IMG/VR virus record: IMGVR_UViG_3300043395_002542
Location: 5,162 to 69,161 of that record
Source: a virus
Reading direction: 5' to 3' (one strand)
DNA: 64,000 bases
Numbering within the stretch: position 1 is the stretch's first letter; every line of letters begins with the position of its first letter. Below the pieces are notes generated by a model that made no database searches, had not been told where the DNA came from, and saw only the letters and a program-made list of their open reading frames with translations. A program made the position numbers and the translations under genes. Shown piece by piece: positions 1 through 9,242 of the stretch.

Positions 1-119
1 AGAAATCTCAGATGAAGCGTTTTTATAAGTGCAAGATAATAGCGATAAACTTTTGCTTCAATCTCTGATCACGCAATGGAGCGAGATCAAAACTCTGCAA
101 CACTTGCTTTCTACAACAG

Positions 120-1631
120 ATGACGACGAACTCTTACTCGCAATTTTCAAGGAATGTGAAAAGCGATTCTGCGACAAAGGAAAATCTGCTTGAACAGCTA
201 ACTACATGGAACTGTGACGTTTTTGAACGCATATTTCTAGGATGGTGCTTGAACAGTTTGCATTCATCGCAGCTCGCATCACTTCTGCTAACTGTTGATA
301 AAAGTTGGTTTGTTGATCGCGCACGCAAACTTGTTTATACGGCAACTGTTAATTGCATTCTTGAAGCGTCTGCACAAAGAGATTCATTCATATCAACAAT
401 CACTGTTGAAAATGCAGCAGAAAATCTTGTAGATACTTTTGATGACAGCTTTGAAAAACAGTGGGCGGAAAATACAGTTCTTGATTGCTCGTCTCTCGCA
501 AACAAATTTGTTATCGGGCGCGAGCTGATCGTCTCAGAAATCCTGCCCAGATGGAAAGTTTCTCTTGGGCGCCCGCGTGTAAAAGAAATTCTCGACTCGA
601 CTTTACAAGAACTGAGTCACGAAAGCTTTGATCCTGGCGCCCCGGAAAAAGTCACTGACTTACTTGCAAAAGCAAATCATGAATGGTTCAAATCAAACTA
701 TGGCGTTGCAGATGATCACGAACTCACAGAAGACGAATTCTTCGATCAGATTCTCGTTCCGCTACCGGATGAAGAGGTTTCTGTTTCGACGGGCCTTGAA
801 GCGTTTGATCAATTCGCAGCTGGTGGAATTGCAAAAGAATCAGTTGGCGAAGGAGAAAAGAAAGCTATTAATACTGAAGCCGGGCGCATTATTACTGTTG
901 CTGCTCGCCCTGGATGTGGCAAAACAGCAATGCTGACTTCACTTGTGCATGGCATTTCACAGGAAGGCGGCAAAGGTGTGATCTACACACTTGAAGTTCC
1001 CATTGCGCAAATTTATGCACGCGCAACGGCCATTCATGACTTCAAGTCTCAAGTCACGCAAAAGAACGCAATTGTTGATGGTTTGCGCACGACTCAATTC
1101 GGTCGCCGCAGTTTTTCTGAGGCTCAACGCAATCGAATGCTCAGCTACAAAGGCAAGACGCTACCTGGGGTTTTGGTCAAGGAAAAGCTTCGTTCCATTG
1201 ATCAAATTGTTGCTAATGCGCGCTTGCTTAAGCGTCGTGATCCTGAATTGCGTTTCATCGCCATTGATCACCTGGGATGTATTTCTCACCCGCAATCGGA
1301 TAAACCCTATCTCGCAATCAGAGATATTATGGAAAAATTGCTGCAGCTTGTAAATGAAATCAAGATCGACGTTATCTTGCTATGTCAGCTGAACAGAAAT
1401 CTCGCTGCACGATCCGATAAGCGCCCAACGCTTACAGATTTGCGCGATAGCGGATCAATCGAGGAATTCAGTCACATTGTTATCGGGCTATACAAGGAAG
1501 AGGACAACGATCAGCAGGAAACGCAAGAGATTGAGATTCATGCGCTGAAGAACAGAAATGGCCCTACGGGAATGAAAAAAGCAATGTTCTACAAGCGCTA
1601 TTCAATCATCGCAAACGCAACCATTCAATGA
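120..1631 (+). CDS. dnaB: DnaB-like replicative helicase
   Basis: Walker A AARPGCGKT, IDHL, LCQLNR and DLRDSGSIE motifs of SF4 helicases; exact start uncertain. Confidence 0.92.
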   Translation: MTTNSYSQFSRNVKSDSATKENLLEQLTTWNCDVFERIFLGWCLNSLHSSQLASLLLTVDKSWFVDRARKLVYTATVNCILEASAQRDSFISTITVENAAENLVDTFDDSFEKQWAENTVLDCSSLANKFVIGRELIVSEILPRWKVSLGRPRVKEILDSTLQELSHESFDPGAPEKVTDLLAKANHEWFKSNYGVADDHELTEDEFFDQILVPLPDEEVSVSTGLEAFDQFAAGGIAKESVGEGEKKAINTEAGRIITVAARPGCGKTAMLTSLVHGISQEGGKGVIYTLEVPIAQIYARATAIHDFKSQVTQKNAIVDGLRTTQFGRRSFSEAQRNRMLSYKGKTLPGVLVKEKLRSIDQIVANARLLKRRDPELRFIAIDHLGCISHPQSDKPYLAIRDIMEKLLQLVNEIKIDVILLCQLNRNLAARSDKRPTLTDLRDSGSIEEFSHIVIGLYKEEDNDQQETQEIEIHALKNRNGPTGMKKAMFYKRYSIIANATIQ

Positions 1632-2212
1632 AACATTCTTCACGCAAAGAACCCTGCCCCATTTGCAGCAGAGACAAAGATGACAAATGCAGGTGGAATG
1701 ATTTCAACATTTTCTGTTACTACGGAAATTCTTTTCACCCGCCCTCTGGTTTGCGCCTGGGCGATTTCATAGAAGCTTTCGGCAGGCGCTGGAAACTTGT
1801 AAAGCTGAACGGTGGCTTTTCGGGCGGATCTTACATTTTTGCGACGGCATCAGAGCATGAGCGAGTGCGTCGTCAAACAAGAGAAGAGCGCGAGCACTAC
1901 AGAAAACAGATTGACTTTGTGAGTCACAAATCAAAAAAGATGTTTTCTGAATTGCGCAAGAAGGTGCATCAGTGCTGCGCGTTACCTGATTTTCACGCGA
2001 TGAATTCAGATGAAATTCGCAAGGCGAGCTTGCTTTTGCAATTAACAGTTGATGATTGCGATGCTGCCTTGAAATTCGTTTATCGCAATCGCCGCTTGAT
2101 TTCTGACTTCGCAAAGCTCAGAACTGCTTACATGATTTGGCAGAAGTCAATGCGGTATCAGAAAAAGAGTTTTGATTTTTTCGTGCTCGACTGTCTTGGG
2201 ATCCCGCAATAA
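1628..2212 (+). CDS. Zn-finger protein resembling the N-terminal Zn-binding domain of cyanobacterial/phage primases (no TOPRIM domain seen)
   Basis: N-terminal SSRKEPCPICSRDKDDKCRW...FCYYG; coupled to helicase stop (ATGA overlap). Confidence 0.55.
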   Translation: MKHSSRKEPCPICSRDKDDKCRWNDFNIFCYYGNSFHPPSGLRLGDFIEAFGRRWKLVKLNGGFSGGSYIFATASEHERVRRQTREEREHYRKQIDFVSHKSKKMFSELRKKVHQCCALPDFHAMNSDEIRKASLLLQLTVDDCDAALKFVYRNRRLISDFAKLRTAYMIWQKSMRYQKKSFDFFVLDCLGIPQ

Positions 2213-2265
2213 AAAAGGAGCGCTGCCCCACGGCTGCGCCCCCACCTCTGCGTCTCCCCACGCAT
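2213..2265 (-). ncRNA. Putative ~50 nt sRNA with three GUGGGG motifs
   Basis: Minus-strand promoter TTGACT-16-TAGGGT (2297-2270), 5' hairpin UGCGU/ACGCA, 3' GC stem plus U-run. Confidence 0.45.
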
Positions 2266-2297
2266 TAAAACCCTAGCGAGCAAACCCGCGCAGTCAA

Positions 2298-2321
2298 TAA
2301 AAAGCCCCGAGACCGGGGCGA
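2298..2321 (-). terminator. Intrinsic terminator
   Basis: GCCCCGGTCTCGGGGC hairpin followed by TTTTT on minus, downstream of ORF 2365-2739. Confidence 0.75.
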
Positions 2322-2364
2322 TTGGTGCAGATTGGTTCTGTACTCGTGACAGTAGTACAGAGTG

Positions 2365-2739
2365 TCACACGGTGGCGGGTTCCTTGGGGTGGGCCTTCAC
2401 GACCTTTTTCTTGCTGGCCTTTTTCTCGTCCTCCTGTCGTTGTGCGTGTTGTGCAAGATGGCGCTGCAGTGCGTTCATATGAGGGCACTTGCTGCCAACT
2501 TCATGCCGCTTGAAGTATTCGCGCAGCTCAGATAACAAATTGAATTCGTACTCGCTTTGTTCAGCCCCCCACCGCCCGAATTCTCGATCAAGAACATGAA
2601 GCTCGTACCATTCTTTGTCATCTAGGTAACGACGCTTCGCAGCCCAAAATAAATCCTTGTGCCGAAGTTTTCTGACCCTTTTGTCAAGTTGTTGTTGAGC
2701 TTTTTCTTCTTTGACCTGTCGCTTGGATTTCCAAGACAT
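2365..2739 (-). CDS. Hypothetical protein
   Basis: 124 aa ORF with ATG start, abuts upstream gene, followed by terminator. Confidence 0.7.
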   Translation of the reverse strand: MSWKSKRQVKEEKAQQQLDKRVRKLRHKDLFWAAKRRYLDDKEWYELHVLDREFGRWGAEQSEYEFNLLSELREYFKRHEVGSKCPHMNALQRHLAQHAQRQEDEKKASKKKVVKAHPKEPATV

Positions 2740-2979
2740 TTACTGAACCCTGAGTGTAAGTTGTTTTCGGTTGTGATCTCCAACTAAAAACGACACTTCC
2801 TTGCGAGAAAGATGAATTTCTGGAATCATCCAGTATTCATCACGCCGACCGCCAAAAGTCTTGCAAATCCAGTGCGGAAAGGATGAGTCGCACATTGCAC
2901 GACCGACCAGCTCAAACTCTGTTCGGCCCTGCCAACGGGCGTAAACCCTGTCACCGGCTGCAAAGGCTGGGCGTGGCAT
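2740..2979 (-). CDS. Hypothetical protein (MPRPAFAAGDRV...)
   Basis: Start moved to ATG ~2979 because the track's TTG start at 3033 is the promoter -35 box. Confidence 0.65.
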   Translation of the reverse strand: MPRPAFAAGDRVYARWQGRTEFELVGRAMCDSSFPHWICKTFGGRRDEYWMIPEIHLSRKEVSFLVGDHNRKQLTLRVQ

Positions 2980-3004
2980 TGCCCTGTCGTTGGAGAACCT
3001 TACA

Positions 3005-3044
3005 AATCTAGTAGCACGCTCGCTACGTGTCAAGTAAATTTCAC
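3005..3044 (-). promoter_or_regulatory. Early sigma70-type promoter (repeat family copy 1)
   Basis: GTGAAATTTAC-TTGACA-17-TAGATT on minus. Confidence 0.75.
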
Positions 3045-3062
3045 GTTCTGATCTGCAAACAA

Positions 3063-3329
3063 TCAGGAGTCTCTAGAAATGATGCGCGTCTGAAAGCTGC
3101 GCATTTTATGCAAGGCAACGTTCAGATCCCAGAGCGCTACATCAATTCCCATCGACGCAACAAATAATTCCTTGCGATGCCATTCGTCAATCGCAAGAAA
3201 ATTATCGTCAAGCATTTCCACAAAGTCTTGTGCAAGCTTTGAGGACTGCATCAGACTTTCTTTAAGCTCGCTCATCGCTGAACGAACCGCCTCAACTTCC
3301 TTTTCCGAAGGAGGAATGTTAAAGGACAA
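3063..3329 (-). CDS. Hypothetical protein
   Basis: 88 aa helical ORF with TTG start directly after upstream stop. Confidence 0.6.
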   Translation of the reverse strand: MSFNIPPSEKEVEAVRSAMSELKESLMQSSKLAQDFVEMLDDNFLAIDEWHRKELFVASMGIDVALWDLNVALHKMRSFQTRIISRDS

Positions 3330-3330
3330 G

Positions 3331-3507
3331 TTAACAAAGCGCGGCAGCTTTGTAACTGTACTTGCGGATTTGAAATTCTAGTGCTGTCGGATACCGTTCT
3401 TCAAGCGTGCGAGTGGCGGCAAGCATGTCGATTTCGTTCAGGCGACCGGAAATGATTTCCGTCTCGCTGCCAAAAGGCAGTGTCACGCAGTAGAAGAAGT
3501 CAGACAC
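3331..3507 (-). CDS. Small hypothetical protein (MSDFFYCVTLPFG..., 58 aa; not in ORF track)
   Basis: GTG start with upstream GGAG; fills gap exactly. Confidence 0.6.
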   Translation of the reverse strand: MSDFFYCVTLPFGSETEIISGRLNEIDMLAATRTLEERYPTALEFQIRKYSYKAAALC

Positions 3508-3576
3508 GACATGAAGCTCCTTTAGCTTTTTTGAACTCTAACGTGTAAGATCCCTGGCGCAAGAGAAGATGTCAGG

Positions 3577-4140
3577 GTGGGAAAACCGAAACCGTTTGCA
3601 CACGGGATTCAACTGGCGCCCGAAGGTTTTCGCCCGGCGCGAAAAGTAACAAGGCCGACAAAAAGGGGTAGCTGGAAACACGACGCATTAAACAAAATGA
3701 GAATGCGTTTTTACTTTCAAGTATTAAAAGCAGAAGTCAAATTCAAAAGACACTGGTGGAATAATTACTGCATTGTTCGTATTGGCGCACCCGGAAAATA
3801 TGAGTTTTTATGCTACGAGACTAATTATGTCGCTACGATAATTGAACAAAAAGAGGCGACAAAGTACAGAACTTATTGGGTGAAGTGCTACAGGAAGTCA
3901 CTTGAAATTTTGCAGTGGCTCTGGCAGATACAACACGAAAACTACTCTTGGGACTTGCATCAGCATTTGAAACAGCTTATTGTTACGCCCCGCCCGATTC
4001 TTTCAGAAGTACAGCGCTATGGCAAGCTCACAGAAAAAGAAGTTACATCTGAAGTATTCAGAAAGTGGGGCGATATTATTCACAGAGCAGCAGACGAAAA
4101 AGAGATTCGCAATTTGCAGAACAGCACTGACAAACAATAA
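3577..4140 (+). CDS. Hypothetical basic, aromatic-rich protein
   Basis: 187 aa ORF. Confidence 0.6.
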   Translation: MGKPKPFAHGIQLAPEGFRPARKVTRPTKRGSWKHDALNKMRMRFYFQVLKAEVKFKRHWWNNYCIVRIGAPGKYEFLCYETNYVATIIEQKEATKYRTYWVKCYRKSLEILQWLWQIQHENYSWDLHQHLKQLIVTPRPILSEVQRYGKLTEKEVTSEVFRKWGDIIHRAADEKEIRNLQNSTDKQ

Positions 4141-4150
4141 GAAGTATTCA

Positions 4151-4567
4151 TTGCGACTGAAAAGAATTTATAGATCGCAGCAGGAGATAGAAGATTTTTC
4201 ATTGCAGAAATTCGTGACAATTACACGATTCACGAATCACTATTTTCAGCTTGCGCAACGTGGCTGGGGTGGTGAATACTTTGCGTATGACAAAACATGT
4301 GCAACGGAAGGTGCATTTTATCCTTTCGTTCGCACAAGATTTAATTCTCACCAACCAGTTGATGAGGGTTGCATTTGGATTGGCGCACTTGATTGTTATC
4401 CGCTGATTTTTGTTGCAAATACGATTGCGCAATGGGTCTGTCCATATTCGCAGGGTGGATTTTTAAGAACAGAACCATTTCTTCCGTATCACGAAGCGAT
4501 GCAAATTCTTCCTCGCCTAATGAACAAAAAGATCTACCCAGATCTCGACGTGCAATTAACTTATTAA
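4151..4567 (+). CDS. Hypothetical protein
   Basis: 3' part of ORF 3980-4567; TTG at 4151 removes the overlap with the upstream gene. Confidence 0.55.
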   Translation: MRLKRIYRSQQEIEDFSLQKFVTITRFTNHYFQLAQRGWGGEYFAYDKTCATEGAFYPFVRTRFNSHQPVDEGCIWIGALDCYPLIFVANTIAQWVCPYSQGGFLRTEPFLPYHEAMQILPRLMNKKIYPDLDVQLTY

Positions 4568-4575
4568 GATTGTTC

Positions 4576-4613
4576 GTGAATTTACTTGACACGTTCCGAC
4601 GCGCTGCTAACCT
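4576..4613 (+). promoter_or_regulatory. Early promoter (copy 2)
   Basis: GTGAATTTAC-TTGACA-16-TAACCT. Confidence 0.65.
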
Positions 4614-4635
4614 GTAACGGCCTCGGTCGCTGACC

Positions 4636-5094
4636 GTGTTCACCATTATTTCACGACAGGAGACTGTAAAGCGTGACCCACGCAAAAAGAATTTACACGA
4701 ATGGATGTGTTTTACGGCAGAAGAAACTGTCCGTCACAACTGGAACGATGTGGCGTGGCATGACAAAAGAATCCTGGAGAAAATGCGTCCGGGCGAAACA
4801 AGGCTCTGGGCAATCTACGAATTAGGCAGTGCATTTCTTCCGATGTACTGCAGAACTTACGAAAACAATCATTCAGGCGCAACGCAGCATGAATTTGCAG
4901 CTGTTGAAGTTTTCATGATGCGCTTTTTCAAAGAACATGAGATCGGACAGGTGGAGGCTAATTTCAGAAAAAACACAAGATTTTATTTCATTACTAAAGG
5001 CAACTCTGAGTATGACTACATTGTTACTCCCTCTACTCTTTCTGATGTCGTGGATCTGGTTTTCTGCGGCAACGCAAATTACCTTCTGAACTAA
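4636..5094 (+). CDS. Hypothetical early protein
   Basis: 152 aa ORF directly after promoter. Confidence 0.7.
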   Translation: MFTIISRQETVKRDPRKKNLHEWMCFTAEETVRHNWNDVAWHDKRILEKMRPGETRLWAIYELGSAFLPMYCRTYENNHSGATQHEFAAVEVFMMRFFKEHEIGQVEANFRKNTRFYFITKGNSEYDYIVTPSTLSDVVDLVFCGNANYLLN

Positions 5095-5095
5095 C

Positions 5096-5404
5096 ATGAA
5101 AATCAAGTCTGAGCTTTATTTGTACGAAACAATGTTCATCCTTGAGGGAATCAATCTCAAGGCAGAGCAACTTTTCAAGCTGCTGAAAGCAGAACGCAGA
5201 AAAGCACAGGTGGCTTCATTTTTTGCGCCCTGGGCTGCTGGTGCTATTTGGTCAACACTTTCAATTAAGTGCGACATTATCATGCAGCAAATGAATATGC
5301 TTTCTGAGTTGCGTGAAAAAATCATGCTTGCTGAAGGGCAAGACGATGACATGCAACCAATCACTCTTGAGCAAATAATCGACAACTATCAGAAAACAAA
5401 TTAA
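5096..5404 (+). CDS. Hypothetical early protein
   Basis: 102 aa ORF coupled to upstream gene. Confidence 0.65.
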   Translation: MKIKSELYLYETMFILEGINLKAEQLFKLLKAERRKAQVASFFAPWAAGAIWSTLSIKCDIIMQQMNMLSELREKIMLAEGQDDDMQPITLEQIIDNYQKTN

Positions 5405-5448
5405 CATTCATTCAACGTTTAGATACTTACCGTTTACTCATAGCCGCA

Positions 5449-5856
5449 ATGAATCCTTTGAACCCGACAGCAGAAGCTTTGCTTGAGACCCTTCTTTGGT
5501 CAACGACTGACGAATTTGGGAACCCGCTCGACAGAGATTTCAGGGCGAGTGATTTTAGCGAGGAAGACGTTCAAAAGCTTTATGGTGAATTTCAAAAGTT
5601 TGTTTCAATCGTAGAAAAACAAATTTCTGAAAAAGTTGGCGATAGCTGGGACTGCATTGATGACTTTTATGATTTAATGCAGCCCACTCAAAATCAAGCA
5701 GAACACGATTACATTTTGACTCGCAACGGTCGTGGTTGCGGTTTTTATGATGGAGATTGGGCGAGAGAAGTAGCTTTCATTCTTGCAGAAGCTGCACAGG
5801 ATCAGGGAGAAATTACGCCATACATTGGAGACGACGGCAAGCTTTATATTTATTGA
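5449..5856 (+). CDS. Conserved phage hypothetical protein (acidic)
   Basis: LLWS...HDYILTRNGRGCGFYD motif resembles a recurring phage early-protein family. Confidence 0.75.
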   Translation: MNPLNPTAEALLETLLWSTTDEFGNPLDRDFRASDFSEEDVQKLYGEFQKFVSIVEKQISEKVGDSWDCIDDFYDLMQPTQNQAEHDYILTRNGRGCGFYDGDWAREVAFILAEAAQDQGEITPYIGDDGKLYIY

Positions 5857-5861
5857 GATTC

Positions 5862-5900
5862 AAAATTTAGTTGACACGCCCTGGAGCGTCGTGCGATACT
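5862..5900 (+). promoter_or_regulatory. Early promoter (copy 3)
   Basis: AAAATTTAG-TTGACA-18-GATACT followed by leader hairpin GCGCTCG/CGAGCGT. Confidence 0.75.
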
Positions 5901-5948
5901 AGCTATGCGCTCGGGGATCGAGCGTTCAACTTCAACTAACAGAAAATT

Positions 5949-6158
5949 ATGACGCGCATTCTTTCTGGTGAGGATTATTACGTTCTCACTGAAACAATGT
6001 CTCGCTATGGCGGGCATTTTTGCAAAAAGCTTGCAGAAGCTATCCGCGCTGCAGATGGCAACAACAAACAGAAAATTATCGACGCTTTTCCTGAGATCGT
6101 AAAAGATTACGGTCCCAGTTCAGTTTTTGCCCGTGCATCGGGTTTTGCTCATGTCTGA
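5949..6158 (+). CDS. Conserved small phage protein
   Basis: YGGHF..KLAEA...AD.NN...IIDAFPE pattern common in phage early genes. Confidence 0.75.
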   Translation: MTRILSGEDYYVLTETMSRYGGHFCKKLAEAIRAADGNNKQKIIDAFPEIVKDYGPSSVFARASGFAHV

Positions 6159-6504
6159 CATTTATGGTCGTCCGTCTGCACCTATTGAAGAACCCGAAAC
6201 TATTTTTGTAGAGGAGGTTCTTCTTTGCAGCGCACACGGTGTTTTCATCCCAAAGTTTTTCACGCAAAGCATTAAGCGACCAGACTACGTTCCTGAATGG
6301 GCGTGGGAAAATTGTCTCAAGGGTCCAGGAGCTTTTGAGGATCAGGCTGATTATTGGGATTCATGGAGTGAAATTCTCGACACATTTCAATACGAAAAAA
6401 CAGGCCCCGGAGGTTCTACCGAGCGTTATTTTCTTGATTACGAAGAAGGCGATTTATGCCTGATGCGTGAAATTGTTGAGCCACCCGATTACAACGACGA
6501 ATGA
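6151..6504 (+). CDS. Hypothetical acidic early protein
   Basis: ATG 6151 overlapping upstream stop; GVFIPKFF...YWDSW..ILD. Confidence 0.7.
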   Translation: MSDIYGRPSAPIEEPETIFVEEVLLCSAHGVFIPKFFTQSIKRPDYVPEWAWENCLKGPGAFEDQADYWDSWSEILDTFQYEKTGPGGSTERYFLDYEEGDLCLMREIVEPPDYNDE

Positions 6505-6797
6505 TGAAACTTATTTTTGAGTCTGACAGTTCCTGCCCTGTCTTTGATTCTTTTCGCCTAGATCTCATGCGAAAAGAAATTCAGCGAATTTACGACGACA
6601 ATGAAAAAGCTGGGCAAATGGATCATGATTATCAGCTCGCCGATTGCTTAAGCGAAGTGCTTGATCTTCTTGATGGTTATCTGGATTACGATCCAACGCC
6701 ACAATTTTTGTACGATGCTACGGGTGGCGAGCCCCCAGTAACTTCTGCAGAAATGCAAGCAAACGCTTTTCAACAAAAAATGGAGCTTCACAAATGA
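6501..6797 (+). CDS. Hypothetical early protein
   Basis: ATGA-coupled ORF; DYDPTPQFLYDATGGEPPVT..EM motif. Confidence 0.7.
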   Translation: MMKLIFESDSSCPVFDSFRLDLMRKEIQRIYDDNEKAGQMDHDYQLADCLSEVLDLLDGYLDYDPTPQFLYDATGGEPPVTSAEMQANAFQQKMELHK

Positions 6798-7138
6798 TGA
6801 TCGAAGACTGCAGCTTTTCTGAATCTCTCGTCGCAACTTACACGTCTTACAAAAATGGTGGGCGAGACAGGGAAAAACTTACGCCCGAACAGATTTCAAC
6901 TGCATTTATTCTTGAGTCTGAATTTCTTCTGACTGCCGTGTATTACTTCACGCAATACATGGAAAGCCTCAAAGGGGGAGAATCTTTTGATTGCATTAGT
7001 TCTCCTGCTCATGTAATTGATGCGGTTGACTTTGCAGACATGGTTGACATTTCAAACGTCTTTCTCAAAAGTCGCTTGCAAGAAACAAACGTTGAAGTCG
7101 ATAAACTTGAAGAACTACTAAGTAATGGCGCTGAGTAA
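6794..7138 (+). CDS. Hypothetical early protein
   Basis: ATGA-coupled 114 aa ORF. Confidence 0.65.
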   Translation: MMIEDCSFSESLVATYTSYKNGGRDREKLTPEQISTAFILESEFLLTAVYYFTQYMESLKGGESFDCISSPAHVIDAVDFADMVDISNVFLKSRLQETNVEVDKLEELLSNGAE

Positions 7139-7304
7139 AAAAGAAAAGCTGACGCTTCTTGCAGCGCTCAGCTTTTTTCATAACATCGGCGAAAACTATG
7201 TCGATGTAGTAAAAAACGGAACAGCAGAAGAAAACAAAGCGGCGTGGAAGGAAGCACGCAAGATCTGCAAAGAATTGCACGCTCGCATTAAGTCACAGCT
7301 CTAA
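7125..7304 (+). CDS. Small hypothetical protein (MALSKKEKLTLL..., 59 aa; not in track)
   Basis: ATG overlapping upstream gene end. Confidence 0.6.
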   Translation: MALSKKEKLTLLAALSFFHNIGENYVDVVKNGTAEENKAAWKEARKICKELHARIKSQL

Positions 7305-7381
7305 CTTAATTTCGATTAAGTAATCGTTGCCGGGGCGTCAAATCCTTTCCGACGCCTCGATTATTTCCCTCTCATCCCCGC

Positions 7382-7463
7382 CAGAATCGCCCGCAGCTGG
7401 CCTTTCCAGCCCCGCCCGAACCTTTCCCCGGCGCAGAAAACAAGCCAGCTACAGAGCCTTCTG
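7382..7463. repeat. 82 bp imperfect inverted-repeat element A
   Basis: Arms CAGAATCGCCCGCAGCTGGC and rc CAGAAGGCTCTGTAGCTGGC; related to element at 11687-11769. Confidence 0.55.
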
Positions 7464-7496
7464 TGCGCTAGGTATTTCTACGCATTTGCAAAGTAA

Positions 7497-7766
7497 TTGA
7501 TGAGTTCAAAATCTTTCTCTCTGCGCATGGCAGACATCATCGCCGTGCAACACAAATCAAAAACTTGTAATTACTGGAAGAATCGTTATCTTTATACAAA
7601 GTCTGGATTTAGAATTTGTGGGGCATGTTGTGTCAAGCATCGCAAAAAGTTTGCACTAGATCGGCATTGGCAGGTGCATGAGGACAAAATCAACACGTCG
7701 CAACTTTTTCTAAAATGCACTTGTTGTCAGGCAAAGATTCCTTGCATTGGCGAGCGTGAAATTTAG
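7497..7766 (+). CDS. Hypothetical Cys-rich (Zn-binding) protein
   Basis: CGACC and CTCC motifs. Confidence 0.55.
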   Translation: MMSSKSFSLRMADIIAVQHKSKTCNYWKNRYLYTKSGFRICGACCVKHRKKFALDRHWQVHEDKINTSQLFLKCTCCQAKIPCIGEREI

Positions 7767-7796
7767 TTGACACGTCCGGGGGCGATGCCTTAAGAT
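7756..7796 (+). promoter_or_regulatory. Early promoter (copy 4)
   Basis: GTGAAATTTAG-TTGACA-18-TAAGAT followed by hairpin GCGCAG/CTGCGT. Confidence 0.8.
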
Positions 7797-7842
7797 GTAG
7801 AAGCGCAGGGGAAACGCTGCGTATTTTTTACCTCTCAGAAAA

Positions 7843-8124
7843 ATGAAGATTCAAGAAATTCAAGAGTTCAAAATCTTTAATCGCAGTCAAAAAGAATTGC
7901 GAATCATTCGTTTTCATCGCATTGATTGGGGCGCTTTTGAGAATTGTTTTCGCATGGTTGCGGAAAATCAAAAGGGCGAAATGGTAAATGCCAAGCCCTG
8001 CACAGAAGAATTTGCACAGCACATTCTTGATGATGCGCTGCAAAATCTTGACCCACAAGATGTGGAGATCACAAAGTTTCAGCCGGTTGACGTTTCTCGC
8101 CCTGAAGTCTCAAATCATTTCTGA
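7843..8124 (+). CDS. Hypothetical early protein
   Basis: 93 aa ORF with CAGAAAAATG start context. Confidence 0.7.
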   Translation: MKIQEIQEFKIFNRSQKELRIIRFHRIDWGAFENCFRMVAENQKGEMVNAKPCTEEFAQHILDDALQNLDPQDVEITKFQPVDVSRPEVSNHF

Positions 8125-8147
8125 TCGTTAATTTTCAACTTAAAATC

Positions 8148-8867
8148 ATGAAACTCACTTACGCTACTTGTCAGGAAATTCTTTCTAAGCGTGACAGCAA
8201 AAAACTCGCAAACAACACTTATCTCTGTCGCAGCGATGATGTATTTCGCGTCAAGCTGCACAATACTGACGTTGTTACTATTAACAGCGACGATACACAA
8301 ACTCTCAACTCAGGCGGTTATCTCACAAAAACGACAAAAGATCGCTTGAACACTTTTTCGTATGCTTCTATTTTTCAGAAGCGCGGATTGTGGTTTATTC
8401 AGCAAGGCGATGCTGAAGTTGCATTTTTTGATGGTGTCAAACTTAATGCGTTTGGCGAGATTGTGCCGGGCGAAACGTCTGCGCCCGATGTGAAAGAATT
8501 GCTTGCTCGCAAAACGATTCTCGATCACAAAGTCAAAAAGTACATTGATGGCTTTGTTAAAGATGCAGTCGAAAATGGTTTGGGTGCCCCTGAACTTGGT
8601 GACTGTTTGTATTGTCAGATGTACGCACAAAATCCTGACAAGATTGCAGAACACGACTTTGAACACATTTTCTCGCACATCGAGGAAGGTTATTACGTGC
8701 GATCTTTTCTGCTGATGGCGATCAAAGCTCGCGGCTACAACAATGTTGGATTTATCTGGGATTATCATCGCAGCAAAATCGAACACGGTGACGGCGAATT
8801 TCTGCGCGAAGAACTTCGTGGGTTCTTCAAGAAATACAAGAGCAAGCTTCTGCAATTTATCGACTGA
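8148..8867 (+). CDS. Conserved phage hypothetical protein
   Basis: LHNTDVV...LNSGGYLTKTTKDRLN motif recurrent in phage early proteins; C-terminal CLYC/H motif. Confidence 0.8.
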   Translation: MKLTYATCQEILSKRDSKKLANNTYLCRSDDVFRVKLHNTDVVTINSDDTQTLNSGGYLTKTTKDRLNTFSYASIFQKRGLWFIQQGDAEVAFFDGVKLNAFGEIVPGETSAPDVKELLARKTILDHKVKKYIDGFVKDAVENGLGAPELGDCLYCQMYAQNPDKIAEHDFEHIFSHIEEGYYVRSFLLMAIKARGYNNVGFIWDYHRSKIEHGDGEFLREELRGFFKKYKSKLLQFID

Positions 8868-8907
8868 TGAAATTTAGTTGACAGGTCGGGTGTCGATCGG
8901 TTACCAT
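8868..8907 (+). promoter_or_regulatory. Early promoter (copy 5)
   Basis: TGAAATTTAG-TTGACA-18-TACCAT followed by long leader hairpin 8914-8951. Confidence 0.8.
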
Positions 8908-8976
8908 TAAAAGGTGAGGCGGGCGAGAGTTGCAACTTTCTCTCGTCTCACAATTTTCAATCTTCACAACAGAATT

Positions 8977-9237
8977 ATGCAGACTCAAATTGATCACGCA
9001 GACGGATCTGTTACGCCCGTCTGGATTATTTACGCAGACGAATCGCAATGTCGCGAGTGGAATACTTCTGAAGGACTTGGAAATTACGCAGACGACGATT
9101 GTTATTCGCCCGGCTTTTATTGGGCGGTCTGCCATCCAGGTTGTATTCCCGACTCAGATTTTTTCGGCCCGCACAAAACTGAAGAGTTGGCGGAAAAAGA
9201 CGCTGAGGAATTTCTTACTGCTCACGATTGCTACTGA
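8977..9237 (+). CDS. Hypothetical early protein
   Basis: ATG 8977; GFYW..C.PGCIPDSDFFGP.KTEE.A motif. Confidence 0.7.
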   Translation: MQTQIDHADGSVTPVWIIYADESQCREWNTSEGLGNYADDDCYSPGFYWAVCHPGCIPDSDFFGPHKTEELAEKDAEEFLTAHDCY

Positions 9238-9242
9238 TAACG

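Noticed and set aside
29-193. 54 aa ORF overlapping the helicase start
   Set aside because: Plausible, but overlaps the helicase ORF by 74 nt; cannot decide which start is real
2980-3033. N-terminal extension of ORF 2740-3033
   Set aside because: The TTG start is the -35 hexamer of a repeated promoter
3577-4567. Frameshifted single gene from overlapping ORFs 3577-4140 and 3980-4567
   Set aside because: An in-frame TTG at 4151 just after the upstream stop explains two ordinary genes; no slippery site seen
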